Below, piece by piece: positions 28,650 through 37,174 of a stretch of 40,352 nt of DNA. The first letter of the stretch is position 1. The number at the start of each line of letters is the position of its first letter. The notes under the pieces are model-generated. The model had not been told where the DNA came from and searched no databases. It was given only the letters and a program-made list of their open reading frames with translations. Origin of the DNA: Bacteroidales bacterium (lineage in GTDB: Bacteria > Bacteroidota > Bacteroidia > Bacteroidales > WCHB1-69); NCBI GenBank assembly GCA_017633495.1, contig JAGBPE010000128.1, positions 1-40,352 of the forward strand. Direction: 5' to 3'. Position numbers and translations under genes: made by a program.

Positions 28650-29108
28650 TTATTGAGCCAAAAGTTGTTTCACAATGTCGGAAACCATCTTGTTGTCGGC
28701 TTTGCCAGCGAAGGTTTTGGTGGAGATACCCATCACTTTGCCCATATCCTTCATGCCGCTGAAGCCATTTTCAGCGATGATGTTTTTCAATGCAGCCTCA
28801 ACCTCCTCTTTGGAAAGCATTTTCGGCAGGTATTCCTTGATGATATCGAGCTGGAATTGTTCTTCAGCAGCCAAATCTTCGCGGTTTTGTGCCTTGTAGG
28901 TCTCTGCCGACTCCTGACGTTGTTTTACTAACTGTTTCAGAATCTTGATTTCAGACTCTTCGTCCAGATCGCCAGCGCCGCCCTTTTGCGTTTTGGCCAG
29001 CAGAATGGCGGATTTCACCGCACGCAGAGCGTTAAGTTTCTGTGATTCACGTGCCAACATGGCCGCTTTGATGTCTTCGTTGATTTTTTGTTCTAATGCC
29101 ATAATCAT
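28650..29108 (-). CDS. GatB/YqeY domain protein
   Basis: About 152 aa with INEDIKAAMLARESQKLNALRAVKSAI...ETYKAQNREDLAAEEQFQLDIIKEYLP. The ORF-track start at 29111 is a TTG. ATGs at 29108 and 29102 are more likely starts. Confidence 0.85.
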   Translation of the reverse strand: MIMALEQKINEDIKAAMLARESQKLNALRAVKSAILLAKTQKGGAGDLDEESEIKILKQLVKQRQESAETYKAQNREDLAAEEQFQLDIIKEYLPKMLSKEEVEAALKNIIAENGFSGMKDMGKVMGISTKTFAGKADNKMVSDIVKQLLAQ

Positions 29109-29122
29109 CAAATTTTGATTTG

Positions 29123-29130
29123 CAAAAATA
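29123..29130 (-). promoter_or_regulatory. -7 promoter box TATTTTTG
   Basis: The reverse strand reads TATTTTTG, 15-21 nt upstream of the candidate yqeY-like ATGs. This implies a very short leader. Confidence 0.4.
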
Positions 29131-29156
29131 TCTTTTTTTCGTGTTCGTCGGACAAT

Positions 29157-30545
29157 TTATCCATTCACCGTGGAGGTGACGGTTCCTTCGTAAAAACGCG
29201 TCTCAATCACCTGACCTTTCGTAAGTTCAGCAGCATTTTTCACCGCTTTGCCGTCCTTCAAGGTGATGCTGTAGCCGCGTTTGAGTACGTTTTCAGGACT
29301 AAGCAGGTGCAACTTTTCGGTTAGTGAGTCGCATTCGCGTGTACGCTTCTGCAACATCGTTCGCACCCCTTTGGGCAGCTGATTTTGCATGAGTTCTAAA
29401 CGCTGCTGCTCGCGATGAATGCTGATTTGCATCTGTTTCCCTATCTCTTGCATGAACCCCTTCAATTGGAAAGTTTGGTTCATGGTCAGCTCTTTCGACT
29501 TGAAAACCAGGTTTTTGGCGATTTCTCCTAAATGGTTCCTGTGTTCGTCGATTACCTTAGGGAGCTTGTATTGCAGGATGGTTTCCGTCTGCGTCAGCGA
29601 CTGTTTGACCTCCGCCAGCTGCAGTTGAGCCTGTTGCGTGATTTTCGTTATGCAGTCGTTCAGTTGCTCTTCGAAACGGCGGAAATACTCCAACAGAGAG
29701 AATGCCACATCCGTGGGGGTGATGAAGTTGGCGTGCGCCACCATATCGGTGACGGAGAGGTTGGTGGAGTGGCCGATGCCGGTGAGCACGGGTAGGGGGA
29801 AGGTGGCCACGCGGTGGGTGAGACCGTAGTCGTCGTAACAGCTCATGCCCACGTCACCGCCGCCGCCGCGCACGATGACGACCACGTCGAACTCGTTCTG
29901 CCGTTTTCCAATCACCTCCAACTGACTTAGAATGCCGGTGATGGCCTTCTCGCCCTGTAGAATCGACGGAAACAGCTCTGTGCTGAATTTATAGCTATGC
30001 TCGTTCTGATGCAGCGTCTGCATGAAGTCGCTGTAGCCCTTGCTGGTCTCCACGGAGATGACTGCCACCCGCTTGGGCAGCAGCGGCATCGTCAGCTTGC
30101 GGTTGAGCTCGAAAACCTCCTCCTTCTTGAGGCGTTCGATGACCTCCTGACGGTTGCGCACCATCTCGCCTAAGGTGTAGGTGGGCTCAATGTCTTCGAT
30201 GTGCAGCGCCAATCCGTGCTTCGGACTGAACTGTATCGTGGCGAGACAGAGGATGCGGATGTTCTCCTTCAGCGGTTCGCCCGTGATTTGGGTGAAGCGG
30301 CGGTTGATGTCCTTGAAGTTGGCGGACCAGATCACCGCCCGCATCTCGGTTTTGATGGTATTGCCTTCGCGCTCAACCAGTTCCGGGTAGCAGTGACCGC
30401 TATAGGGGTAGTAGTTGAGCTTCAGAATCTCCGCTTTGATGTAGTAGGGGCGGGTATAGGTGCGCTCGATCATCTTGTGGAGGCTCATCGCCACATCCGA
30501 CAAAGAGTATACAGTATGGTTATTGAAAGTTTCTCGTTCTTGCAT
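29157..30545 (-). CDS. xseA: exodeoxyribonuclease VII large subunit
   Basis: 462 aa with an N-terminal OB-fold region (YYIKAEILKLNYYPYSGHCYPELVE), the catalytic block VIVRGGGGDVGMSCYDD and a long C-terminal coiled coil. Confidence 0.9.
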   Translation of the reverse strand: MQERETFNNHTVYSLSDVAMSLHKMIERTYTRPYYIKAEILKLNYYPYSGHCYPELVEREGNTIKTEMRAVIWSANFKDINRRFTQITGEPLKENIRILCLATIQFSPKHGLALHIEDIEPTYTLGEMVRNRQEVIERLKKEEVFELNRKLTMPLLPKRVAVISVETSKGYSDFMQTLHQNEHSYKFSTELFPSILQGEKAITGILSQLEVIGKRQNEFDVVVIVRGGGGDVGMSCYDDYGLTHRVATFPLPVLTGIGHSTNLSVTDMVAHANFITPTDVAFSLLEYFRRFEEQLNDCITKITQQAQLQLAEVKQSLTQTETILQYKLPKVIDEHRNHLGEIAKNLVFKSKELTMNQTFQLKGFMQEIGKQMQISIHREQQRLELMQNQLPKGVRTMLQKRTRECDSLTEKLHLLSPENVLKRGYSITLKDGKAVKNAAELTKGQVIETRFYEGTVTSTVNG

Positions 30546-30562
30546 TTTATCTGTTTTTACCG

Positions 30563-30643
30563 CCCCACATTACGCTCCTGCGTCGCTTGTATGGGGTTAA
30601 TTGCACTTCGTGCGTCTTGCCTCTCCGAGGCTGCTCAAGGAAT
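30563..30643 (-). repeat. structured intergenic repeat, copy C (full length)
   Basis: The reverse strand reads ATTCCTTGAGCA-GCCTC-GGA-GAGGC-AAGAC-GCAC-GAA-GTGC-AATTAA-CCCCATAC...ATGTGGGG. It ends 17 nt before the xseA ATG. Confidence 0.8.
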
Positions 30644-30645
30644 AT

Positions 30646-30700
30646 CATCTCCTCATCTTTTCATCTTTTCATCTTTTCATCTCAAGTCTCAAGTCTCAAA
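30646..30700. repeat. 8-bp tandem repeat CATCTTTT x3 (plus one degenerate unit) followed by the 7-bp repeat CTCAAGT x2.5
   Basis: Read directly from the sequence at 30646-30677 and 30681-30700, between the yqgE-like stop and repeat copy C. Confidence 0.9.
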
Positions 30701-30703
30701 TCA

Positions 30704-31285
30704 TTAATTATACATAATATTTTTCGGGATTTTCAGCCAGTGCTCGTAGGGCTTGCCGAGACGTTGCACCGTCCGCGTCCAGACCTCTTCGGCGGGCGTG
30801 TCGAAGACGAGGGATTGCGTGGCGGGGGCAACCACCCACATGTTGCGGCGGATTTCGTCTTCGAGCTGTCCGGGCGACCAACCGGCGTACCCTAACAGGA
30901 ATTTGTGCTTGAGGTTGGCGATAGCGTGCTGCTCGATGACGGCGATCAGTACCGGATTGTAGCCGACATAGACGCCTGGCAACAACCGTGATGCTTCCGG
31001 GCAGGATTCGAAGCTGTGGAGCAGGAAGACGGCCTCTGTCATGACGGGACCACCGAAGAAAATCGGCTCTTCCACCTTGATTTCGTTGACCAGATCGTAC
31101 ACGTTATGAGGCAGTTGGCGGTTGATGATGAGTCCAGCCGTGTGCTCTTCCTCGTAATCCGTCAGCAGCACCACCGAGTGGTTGAAGAACGGGTCGTTGA
31201 AGTAGGGGGTGGAGACCAGTAACCGACCGGCTTCGAGGGAAAGTCCAGTGGGCTCTATCTGCAGATGATCGTTGTATCTATCCAT
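30704..31285 (-). CDS. YqgE/AlgH family protein
   Basis: 193 aa with FFNHSVVLLTDYEEEHTAGLIINR, FFGGPV and GYAGWSPGQLEDEI motifs. Confidence 0.9.
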   Translation of the reverse strand: MDRYNDHLQIEPTGLSLEAGRLLVSTPYFNDPFFNHSVVLLTDYEEEHTAGLIINRQLPHNVYDLVNEIKVEEPIFFGGPVMTEAVFLLHSFESCPEASRLLPGVYVGYNPVLIAVIEQHAIANLKHKFLLGYAGWSPGQLEDEIRRNMWVVAPATQSLVFDTPAEEVWTRTVQRLGKPYEHWLKIPKNIMYN

Positions 31286-31309
31286 TTTGTTGACAATCAG
31301 TGTTATAAG

Positions 31310-32491
31310 TTATGGCTGAATGTTTGTGGGTTTCGAATCCGGGTTGGGTTCGGGAGCGGAAACGTGTTCCGGGTTGGGCTTCTTCCCGGTGAGCATCTCT
31401 TCCCGTTCGTCTGCGGTGGCAAACTGAGCGCCGAAGAATTCGTTGATGATAATGCGCAACAGCGTGTAGGCGGGCACGGCGAAAATCATGGAGAAGACGC
31501 CGCCGATGTAGCCGGCCATCAGGATGACGATGAAGATCTCCAGCGGGTGCGAGTGGGTCTGCTTTCCGTAGATGTAGGGCTGTAACACGAAATCATCCAC
31601 CAATTTGGCTACCACAAAAGCGGCAGCAATCCGGATGACGGTGCTCCAGACGAGCGCCATTTCCGGAGAGGCGGGCAGCAGCGAGGTGACACCCACGATG
31701 ATGCTGACGACAACTGCAATCAGTGTACCCACGTATGGGATGATGTTCAGCAGTCCGCCTATGGTACCGATAATCAGCGCATTAGGCACTCCGAGGATGA
31801 AACAGATCAGGAATTCCAGGAAACCGACGATGAACATTTCCATCATCACTCCTCGGAAATAGGAGGAGAATTGTTTGCCCGTGGCTTCCAAGATGTTATC
31901 GAAATTGTTTTGGTATTTGTTAGGCAGCCAACTGCGGATCATCTTGAAGAAGATGTGGTGGTCTTTGAGTGAGAAAAAGGTCATGAAGAGGATGGAGAAC
32001 AACGCCACGAACAGCGAACCGATCATGCTGGCCGTGCTGCTCACCACACTTGACATGCTGATTCTCTTCACAAATGCGGTGAATTCGTCGTTTATCAGGT
32101 CGGTGACGTGCTGGCGACGTTGCAGAATGCCGTACTTGCGCAACGGCTTGTCGAACTGATTCAGCCAGTCTTGGATACTTTCGCCCACTGATGATAAATC
32201 CAAGGTGGTCAAGAACTTAACCTCGTTCACTAAGGCAGGAATCACCAAGTAGAAAATCAGTCCGATGATGCCGACGATGATCACTAAGGTGATGGCTGCA
32301 GCCAGCGAAGAGGGGAACTGCCATTTGCCGATGCGGATGCTGGTGAGCAATTTCACCAATGGGGACCCGAGTAACGACAAGAGGAAGGCAATGAAGATAT
32401 AGAGGACAATATCTGAAAAGAACCAGCACAGGAAGATGATGATTCCGATTCCGATCAGCAGGGCGATGGCGCTTTTTCCGTTATTGTTCAT
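31310..32491 (-). CDS. AI-2E (PerM/YhhT) family transporter
   Basis: 393 aa with about 8 TM helices and a conserved segment LLNIIPYVGTLIAVVVSIIVG. Its ATG overlaps the tamB stop by 11 nt. Confidence 0.8.
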   Translation of the reverse strand: MNNNGKSAIALLIGIGIIIFLCWFFSDIVLYIFIAFLLSLLGSPLVKLLTSIRIGKWQFPSSLAAAITLVIIVGIIGLIFYLVIPALVNEVKFLTTLDLSSVGESIQDWLNQFDKPLRKYGILQRRQHVTDLINDEFTAFVKRISMSSVVSSTASMIGSLFVALFSILFMTFFSLKDHHIFFKMIRSWLPNKYQNNFDNILEATGKQFSSYFRGVMMEMFIVGFLEFLICFILGVPNALIIGTIGGLLNIIPYVGTLIAVVVSIIVGVTSLLPASPEMALVWSTVIRIAAAFVVAKLVDDFVLQPYIYGKQTHSHPLEIFIVILMAGYIGGVFSMIFAVPAYTLLRIIINEFFGAQFATADEREEMLTGKKPNPEHVSAPEPNPDSKPTNIQP

Positions 32492-35400
32492 TTTGGCTTA
32501 CTTTTTTGGATTGTTTTGATGATTTTCCCTGTTTTCGATTACGTTTTCGCGTGTCGAAGTCCTGTTTGTAGGTCAGAGCGGCCCCAGCCACGTAGTTGTT
32601 GGGGTTATCGTAGTAGTGGGTGTCGTCACGTTCGCCAATGTAGGTGAAAGCCTTCACCCGCCAAGTCCCCGACTTGTTGATGACGTATTCCACGGTCAGG
32701 TCGCCGTAAATGTTGTTGTATGCCCCTCCTTGGGTGGTTTTGTCGTCGTAGTATCCGATACGGGTGGACATAATCACTCTGTTGTTCAGTAAGTTGGCAT
32801 TTGCTCTTACGCCGTATTCAGCTGCCGTTTTGTCGGTCGCCTGGTTGTAGGTGATGCCAAAACCACCACGCTTGCTGTCGATGACATTGCTAAGCAGGTT
32901 GTTGACCGCGTTGCTGAGGAGCGTCATGCCGGAGGTTAAACTTGAGATTCCGTTGATGATGTTCGCGCCAGTCGTGTTTTCAGAGGTAAAAGAGTTGGTC
33001 ACAAGGAAATAGGCGAACTGCTTGGTCATGTTCTCCTTGTTTTGCGTGTCGATGGCGGTGTAGAAAAGGTTGCGGATTTCCGAACTACTGTTGGGCAATT
33101 CGAAGGAGAAAGTGGGCTCAATACGACGCATCAGGGGACCGCTCAGATGGATGTAGGCGTTCACGTCTGTGCTACCCGTAGGTCCCAAATCAGAGTCGAT
33201 GATGTTGGCCAGGGAGGTTTTGGAGGACTTGTAGGCACTCATGTTGACGGTCATGGCATCCAAAGGTCCGTCAAAATTGATGCTTCCGCCCGGCACCAGC
33301 GTGAATTTGGAGTTGACCAAATCATAGAGTGAGATTTTGATATCGCCGGAATGGAGCAGCAGATTGCCGTAGAGGTTCAGCTCTTCGTTGGCGTATACCA
33401 GGTTGAAACGGCCGTCGGCACGGGCGTTCAGAGTGCCGCCGAGCGACTCCAGCAGAATCACCACTTCGGCATCGTTGGTGACGTTGAAGGTGAAATCGAA
33501 GTTGAGTTCGGTGGAGGAGTGACGCTCTTGCTCCGCAACGAGGGAGTCTTTGACAATGCGGCTTTGGAAGTGGATGTAGTCGGTTTCGGAAGCGGAGTTG
33601 GTGGAGTTGACTTGCAGTACGATTTTGGAACCCGTAAGTGTTTTGATGTCAGGACCTTTGAAGAAAAGTTGGTCGCCAGAACCGCTGATGAACACATCTC
33701 CCTTCACGTAGCCGGTGCCGTAAAACACCGAATTGATGGTTCGTGGGGTGTTCAATGCCAAAATACGGTCGGTGTGTATTTGCAAATCGAGTCGCATGTC
33801 TTTGAACATGTTGTGCGCGATTTCACCGGAAAGGATGGCGGGGTTTCCGTCTTTGTCCAAAATCTGCATGTTGCGGAAGGTGATGCCCTTTTTGTTGAAG
33901 AAGATATCTTGGTCAATTACACGATATTCAGTGCCCAAGGCGGCGATGCCCATTTCGGCATCCAGCACATGCACCGTACCGTCGATGTAGGAGGAGTCGG
34001 GAGAGATACATACCGTCATGTCGCCAGATGCGTTGCCCGTCAAATTGTCGCTGAATGCAGAGAGGAACGATTCGAGGAAGTTGGCGTTCAACGTGTCGAA
34101 TTTCGCTTTCGCCATCAAGGTCTTCTTGTCGTATGAGCCTGAAATGTTGGCGATAATGTCTTTCTGCGCTGCAAAATCCCGAATGGAGAAATTCGTCAGG
34201 AAGTCGTAGTCCAGTTTCTGTCCGGGAGCTTCGAAAAGACCTCCGGAGAAACGGACGGCGTTTTCATCGTTGACTCCCGCCATCAGGAACAGGTCACCCA
34301 AACGGCCTTCGTTGATGGTGAGATCGTCGGCAATCAACTTTCCGAAAATCAGCCGACGGTTTTGCCGGTTCATCAGGTTCAGGTCCGCAGACATCCAGCC
34401 TTCGAACGACATATCGCTTAGCAGCGGGTTGATGAGTGACATGTCGAAGTTGCGGGCAGCTAACGACAGACGGCAGGTGTCCTTGGCGTCGAAATTGCCG
34501 TTAAGTTCCATGGAGCTGTTTTGCGTATAGAACAGGAGCTTGTCGAATTCGTAGGTGTGCGACTTGAGATGAATGGTGTTCTGGTCGTTGAAATGACACT
34601 CGTAATCCTTCAGGAAGATTCTGGAAGTGTCCAGATGGATGACGATATCGTCGGTTTTGGCAATGTTAACCGTTCCGGAAAGCTCGGAGTTGTTGCCCGG
34701 CGAGTTGAAAGGATTGTACCAGGCTAAATTGCATTGAATCAGACTGTTGTTGGAATTGGCCTGGATGTCAACTTGGTTGAATAGCAAAGGACTCGAACCT
34801 GCAAATACGATCAGGGAGTCGCCTGTCACTGTCAAATCCAAACGGTTGTTCCCTTTTGTGCTTCCGTTCAGGGCGAAATGGTAGAGACGGAGCTTGTTCC
34901 GGATGGAGAAATAGGGCAGGCTGACCTCCACTTTGTCGGAAGTGTGGTCGTTGCGGATGTCCACGCTGACCGTTGAGTTGGGGGCGATGAACATGTCAGG
35001 AAGCAACAGCTTGGTGAGCGCCCGTGTGTTGTAGGTGGTGATGTTGCACTTGATGTAGTCGGAACTGGATGTGAACTCCTCCGTGGTTGTTTCGTCGGAG
35101 TGCCTTTGTGCGGCGGACACCAACGAGGGGAAGAGGTTGTGGGCGATGTTCTGCAACGAGTCGATCACCGTAGCGATAGGATAGGAGGATTCGAAGTTGG
35201 CATTGACAATGTTGGAGGTGAGGATGTATTTGTGCATCCCCTCGTGGTTGAAAGTGGAGAGTCTGAGCCGGTTGTTGGTGATGCTGTCCTCTTTGTACTT
35301 GATTTTCAGATTGTCACAGCCAATGAAGCCGTTCGCATTGTCCAGATTAGTGCCATGCATGGAAATCTGGAACAGGTCGAAATCGAGTTGTAAGTTAGGA

Positions 35401-37103
35401 TTACGTTGGGCGAGGAGGATGACCTTGTCCAACCCTTTGGCATTGGCAGAATCCACCAATGGCAGCTGTTTGCCGATGTTGCCGGCAGCCAAAGTCAGCC
35501 CGGTGATGTTGCCTTGCAGCGAAGGCGTTTGTTGAGAGCGGTCTAACTGCGCAAGCACTTCGCCTTTGAAGTTAGGGTCGTTGACGGAGAGGGTGCCATA
35601 GATGAATTCCGACTGGTAGTCGCCATCCAACCGTATGTTGCGCAGCGGATAGCCCATCAGCTGAAACCGGTTGGAGTGGCCAGTGAGATGCGCTTGCAAG
35701 GTTTTCAGGTTCTCGGCAGTAAACCCGGAAGAGGCCGTCTGGCCGTCAATGTCGGCGTTCAGCTGGGTGGTGCCGAACAGGTGGTAATCGCCGGTCAGCT
35801 TCGCGAGGTTGAAGTTCGGAGAGGAGAGCTGGCTTTGGAACTTGAGCTTTCCCTCCACGGTCTGCGTGGTCAGCGCGGCGTTCACCGCTCCAAGTCCTGT
35901 GTTGGTCTGCAGGTTGGCGTTGAAGTCGGACAGCACCCCGCGCATGGTGCCCGACAGTGTGGTGGTGCCGATTTTGTTGAGGAAAGCGTTCGTCGGGATG
36001 GTTTTGCCGCCAGGGAGCGTGAATTGCGCTAAATCAGGAAGATGGAAGGAGGTGGAATCCAAGGTGACATCGAATCGGGCATTCAGGAAGTCGATGACAT
36101 TACGGATGGCGATGTCGCCGTGCACACGGTTGTGGTCGTTCCAGGTTGCATCGACATTTTTCAGACGGAAATCGGTGACCACACCGTCTATAGTGTCAGC
36201 TGAAAGGTGGAAAACCTCGTTCATGCCGCGGATGGCGGGCGCAAAACCGGCAATGTCGTCCATAGCCAGCACGGAGGGTCGAATCTCCGCCCCTATGTAG
36301 ACAGAATCCAGAAATTCCGCATACGTGGTCCAATAGTCATAGCGGAAATAGAGGTCCAAATCCAAATCGCTATCGTTGGTTTTGAGCTTTAAGTCGGTAA
36401 ATGTCAAGTCTTTGCTGCTGATATGGAAATCGCCGCTGCACTCTTTCAAATTGAAACCGCCATATTGGGTGAAGGAGAGCTGTTTGATCAACATTCCGAT
36501 ATCATCGTTCACAAGCACGAAATCTTTGGCCTTGATGTTCAGGTCGGCCAGCTCAAGAAAGGCGTAGTCAATGTCGGGACGGCCAGAGGTGTCATACACC
36601 ACGCGTTCGTTGTCATCGATGAGCACAAAACGCCCGTTGGTGATGTCCACTTTGTTGGAAGTGAGTTTGAAAACACCTGTGGTATCATCATCTGCGAACT
36701 TGTAGGACCATTTGGCGATGTTGATGGTGTCCTCGCCTTTGTAGGTGCGCAACACGATGTCCAAATCGTCGAAGGAGACATCGCGCAAACCGAGATGGCT
36801 CGGATTGGTGTGGAAGGAACGGAAGCGCCCTTTCACAGTGCCGGAATAGATCATGTTCTGACGGTGATGGTCCTTGATGGCCACCTCGTGAGCCACAATC
36901 TTCAGCGTGGGGGTGATACGAATGTCTTTGATGGAGATTTCAGTGCCCCATGACTTACTTAAAGAGTCTGTAACTTTGTGAACGACAAAGGTTTGAATAG
37001 CGGGTACAAACAAAAGGCAAACAAGCAATAGATCCAGTGCCAAGAAAACACCGACAATCCATGCCAATATTTTGAGCGCCTTTTTTAAGACCGTTTTTCC
37101 CAC
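32481..37103 (-). CDS. tamB: translocation and assembly module protein TamB (AsmA-like/DUF490)
   Basis: 1540 aa with a GTG start and no nearby in-frame ATG. A single N-terminal anchor (ILAWIVGVFLALDLLLVCLLFVPAI) precedes a long beta-rich body and a TamB-type C-terminus (GDLTVEYVINKSGTWRVKAFTY). Confidence 0.85.
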   Translation of the reverse strand: MGKTVLKKALKILAWIVGVFLALDLLLVCLLFVPAIQTFVVHKVTDSLSKSWGTEISIKDIRITPTLKIVAHEVAIKDHHRQNMIYSGTVKGRFRSFHTNPSHLGLRDVSFDDLDIVLRTYKGEDTINIAKWSYKFADDDTTGVFKLTSNKVDITNGRFVLIDDNERVVYDTSGRPDIDYAFLELADLNIKAKDFVLVNDDIGMLIKQLSFTQYGGFNLKECSGDFHISSKDLTFTDLKLKTNDSDLDLDLYFRYDYWTTYAEFLDSVYIGAEIRPSVLAMDDIAGFAPAIRGMNEVFHLSADTIDGVVTDFRLKNVDATWNDHNRVHGDIAIRNVIDFLNARFDVTLDSTSFHLPDLAQFTLPGGKTIPTNAFLNKIGTTTLSGTMRGVLSDFNANLQTNTGLGAVNAALTTQTVEGKLKFQSQLSSPNFNLAKLTGDYHLFGTTQLNADIDGQTASSGFTAENLKTLQAHLTGHSNRFQLMGYPLRNIRLDGDYQSEFIYGTLSVNDPNFKGEVLAQLDRSQQTPSLQGNITGLTLAAGNIGKQLPLVDSANAKGLDKVILLAQRNPNLQLDFDLFQISMHGTNLDNANGFIGCDNLKIKYKEDSITNNRLRLSTFNHEGMHKYILTSNIVNANFESSYPIATVIDSLQNIAHNLFPSLVSAAQRHSDETTTEEFTSSSDYIKCNITTYNTRALTKLLLPDMFIAPNSTVSVDIRNDHTSDKVEVSLPYFSIRNKLRLYHFALNGSTKGNNRLDLTVTGDSLIVFAGSSPLLFNQVDIQANSNNSLIQCNLAWYNPFNSPGNNSELSGTVNIAKTDDIVIHLDTSRIFLKDYECHFNDQNTIHLKSHTYEFDKLLFYTQNSSMELNGNFDAKDTCRLSLAARNFDMSLINPLLSDMSFEGWMSADLNLMNRQNRRLIFGKLIADDLTINEGRLGDLFLMAGVNDENAVRFSGGLFEAPGQKLDYDFLTNFSIRDFAAQKDIIANISGSYDKKTLMAKAKFDTLNANFLESFLSAFSDNLTGNASGDMTVCISPDSSYIDGTVHVLDAEMGIAALGTEYRVIDQDIFFNKKGITFRNMQILDKDGNPAILSGEIAHNMFKDMRLDLQIHTDRILALNTPRTINSVFYGTGYVKGDVFISGSGDQLFFKGPDIKTLTGSKIVLQVNSTNSASETDYIHFQSRIVKDSLVAEQERHSSTELNFDFTFNVTNDAEVVILLESLGGTLNARADGRFNLVYANEELNLYGNLLLHSGDIKISLYDLVNSKFTLVPGGSINFDGPLDAMTVNMSAYKSSKTSLANIIDSDLGPTGSTDVNAYIHLSGPLMRRIEPTFSFELPNSSSEIRNLFYTAIDTQNKENMTKQFAYFLVTNSFTSENTTGANIINGISSLTSGMTLLSNAVNNLLSNVIDSKRGGFGITYNQATDKTAAEYGVRANANLLNNRVIMSTRIGYYDDKTTQGGAYNNIYGDLTVEYVINKSGTWRVKAFTYIGERDDTHYYDNPNNYVAGAALTYKQDFDTRKRNRKQGKSSKQSKKVSQNEQ

Positions 37104-37129
37104 TTTAATACAATATTAATATAAAGCGG

Positions 37130-37137
37130 CAAAGATA
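37130..37137 (-). promoter_or_regulatory. -7 promoter box TATCTTTG for tamB
   Basis: The reverse strand reads TATCTTTG, 27 nt upstream of the GTG at 37103. Confidence 0.5.
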
Positions 37138-37154
37138 CACTTTTTTAGTGTATC
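37134..37154 (-). terminator. hairpin GATACAC-TAAAAAA-GTGTATC downstream of the aminotransferase gene
   Basis: A 7-bp stem starting 20 nt after the stop at 37175. Its 3' arm runs into TTTG and overlaps the tamB -7 box. Confidence 0.4.
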
Positions 37155-37174
37155 ATGGTCATTTTTAGAACTTT

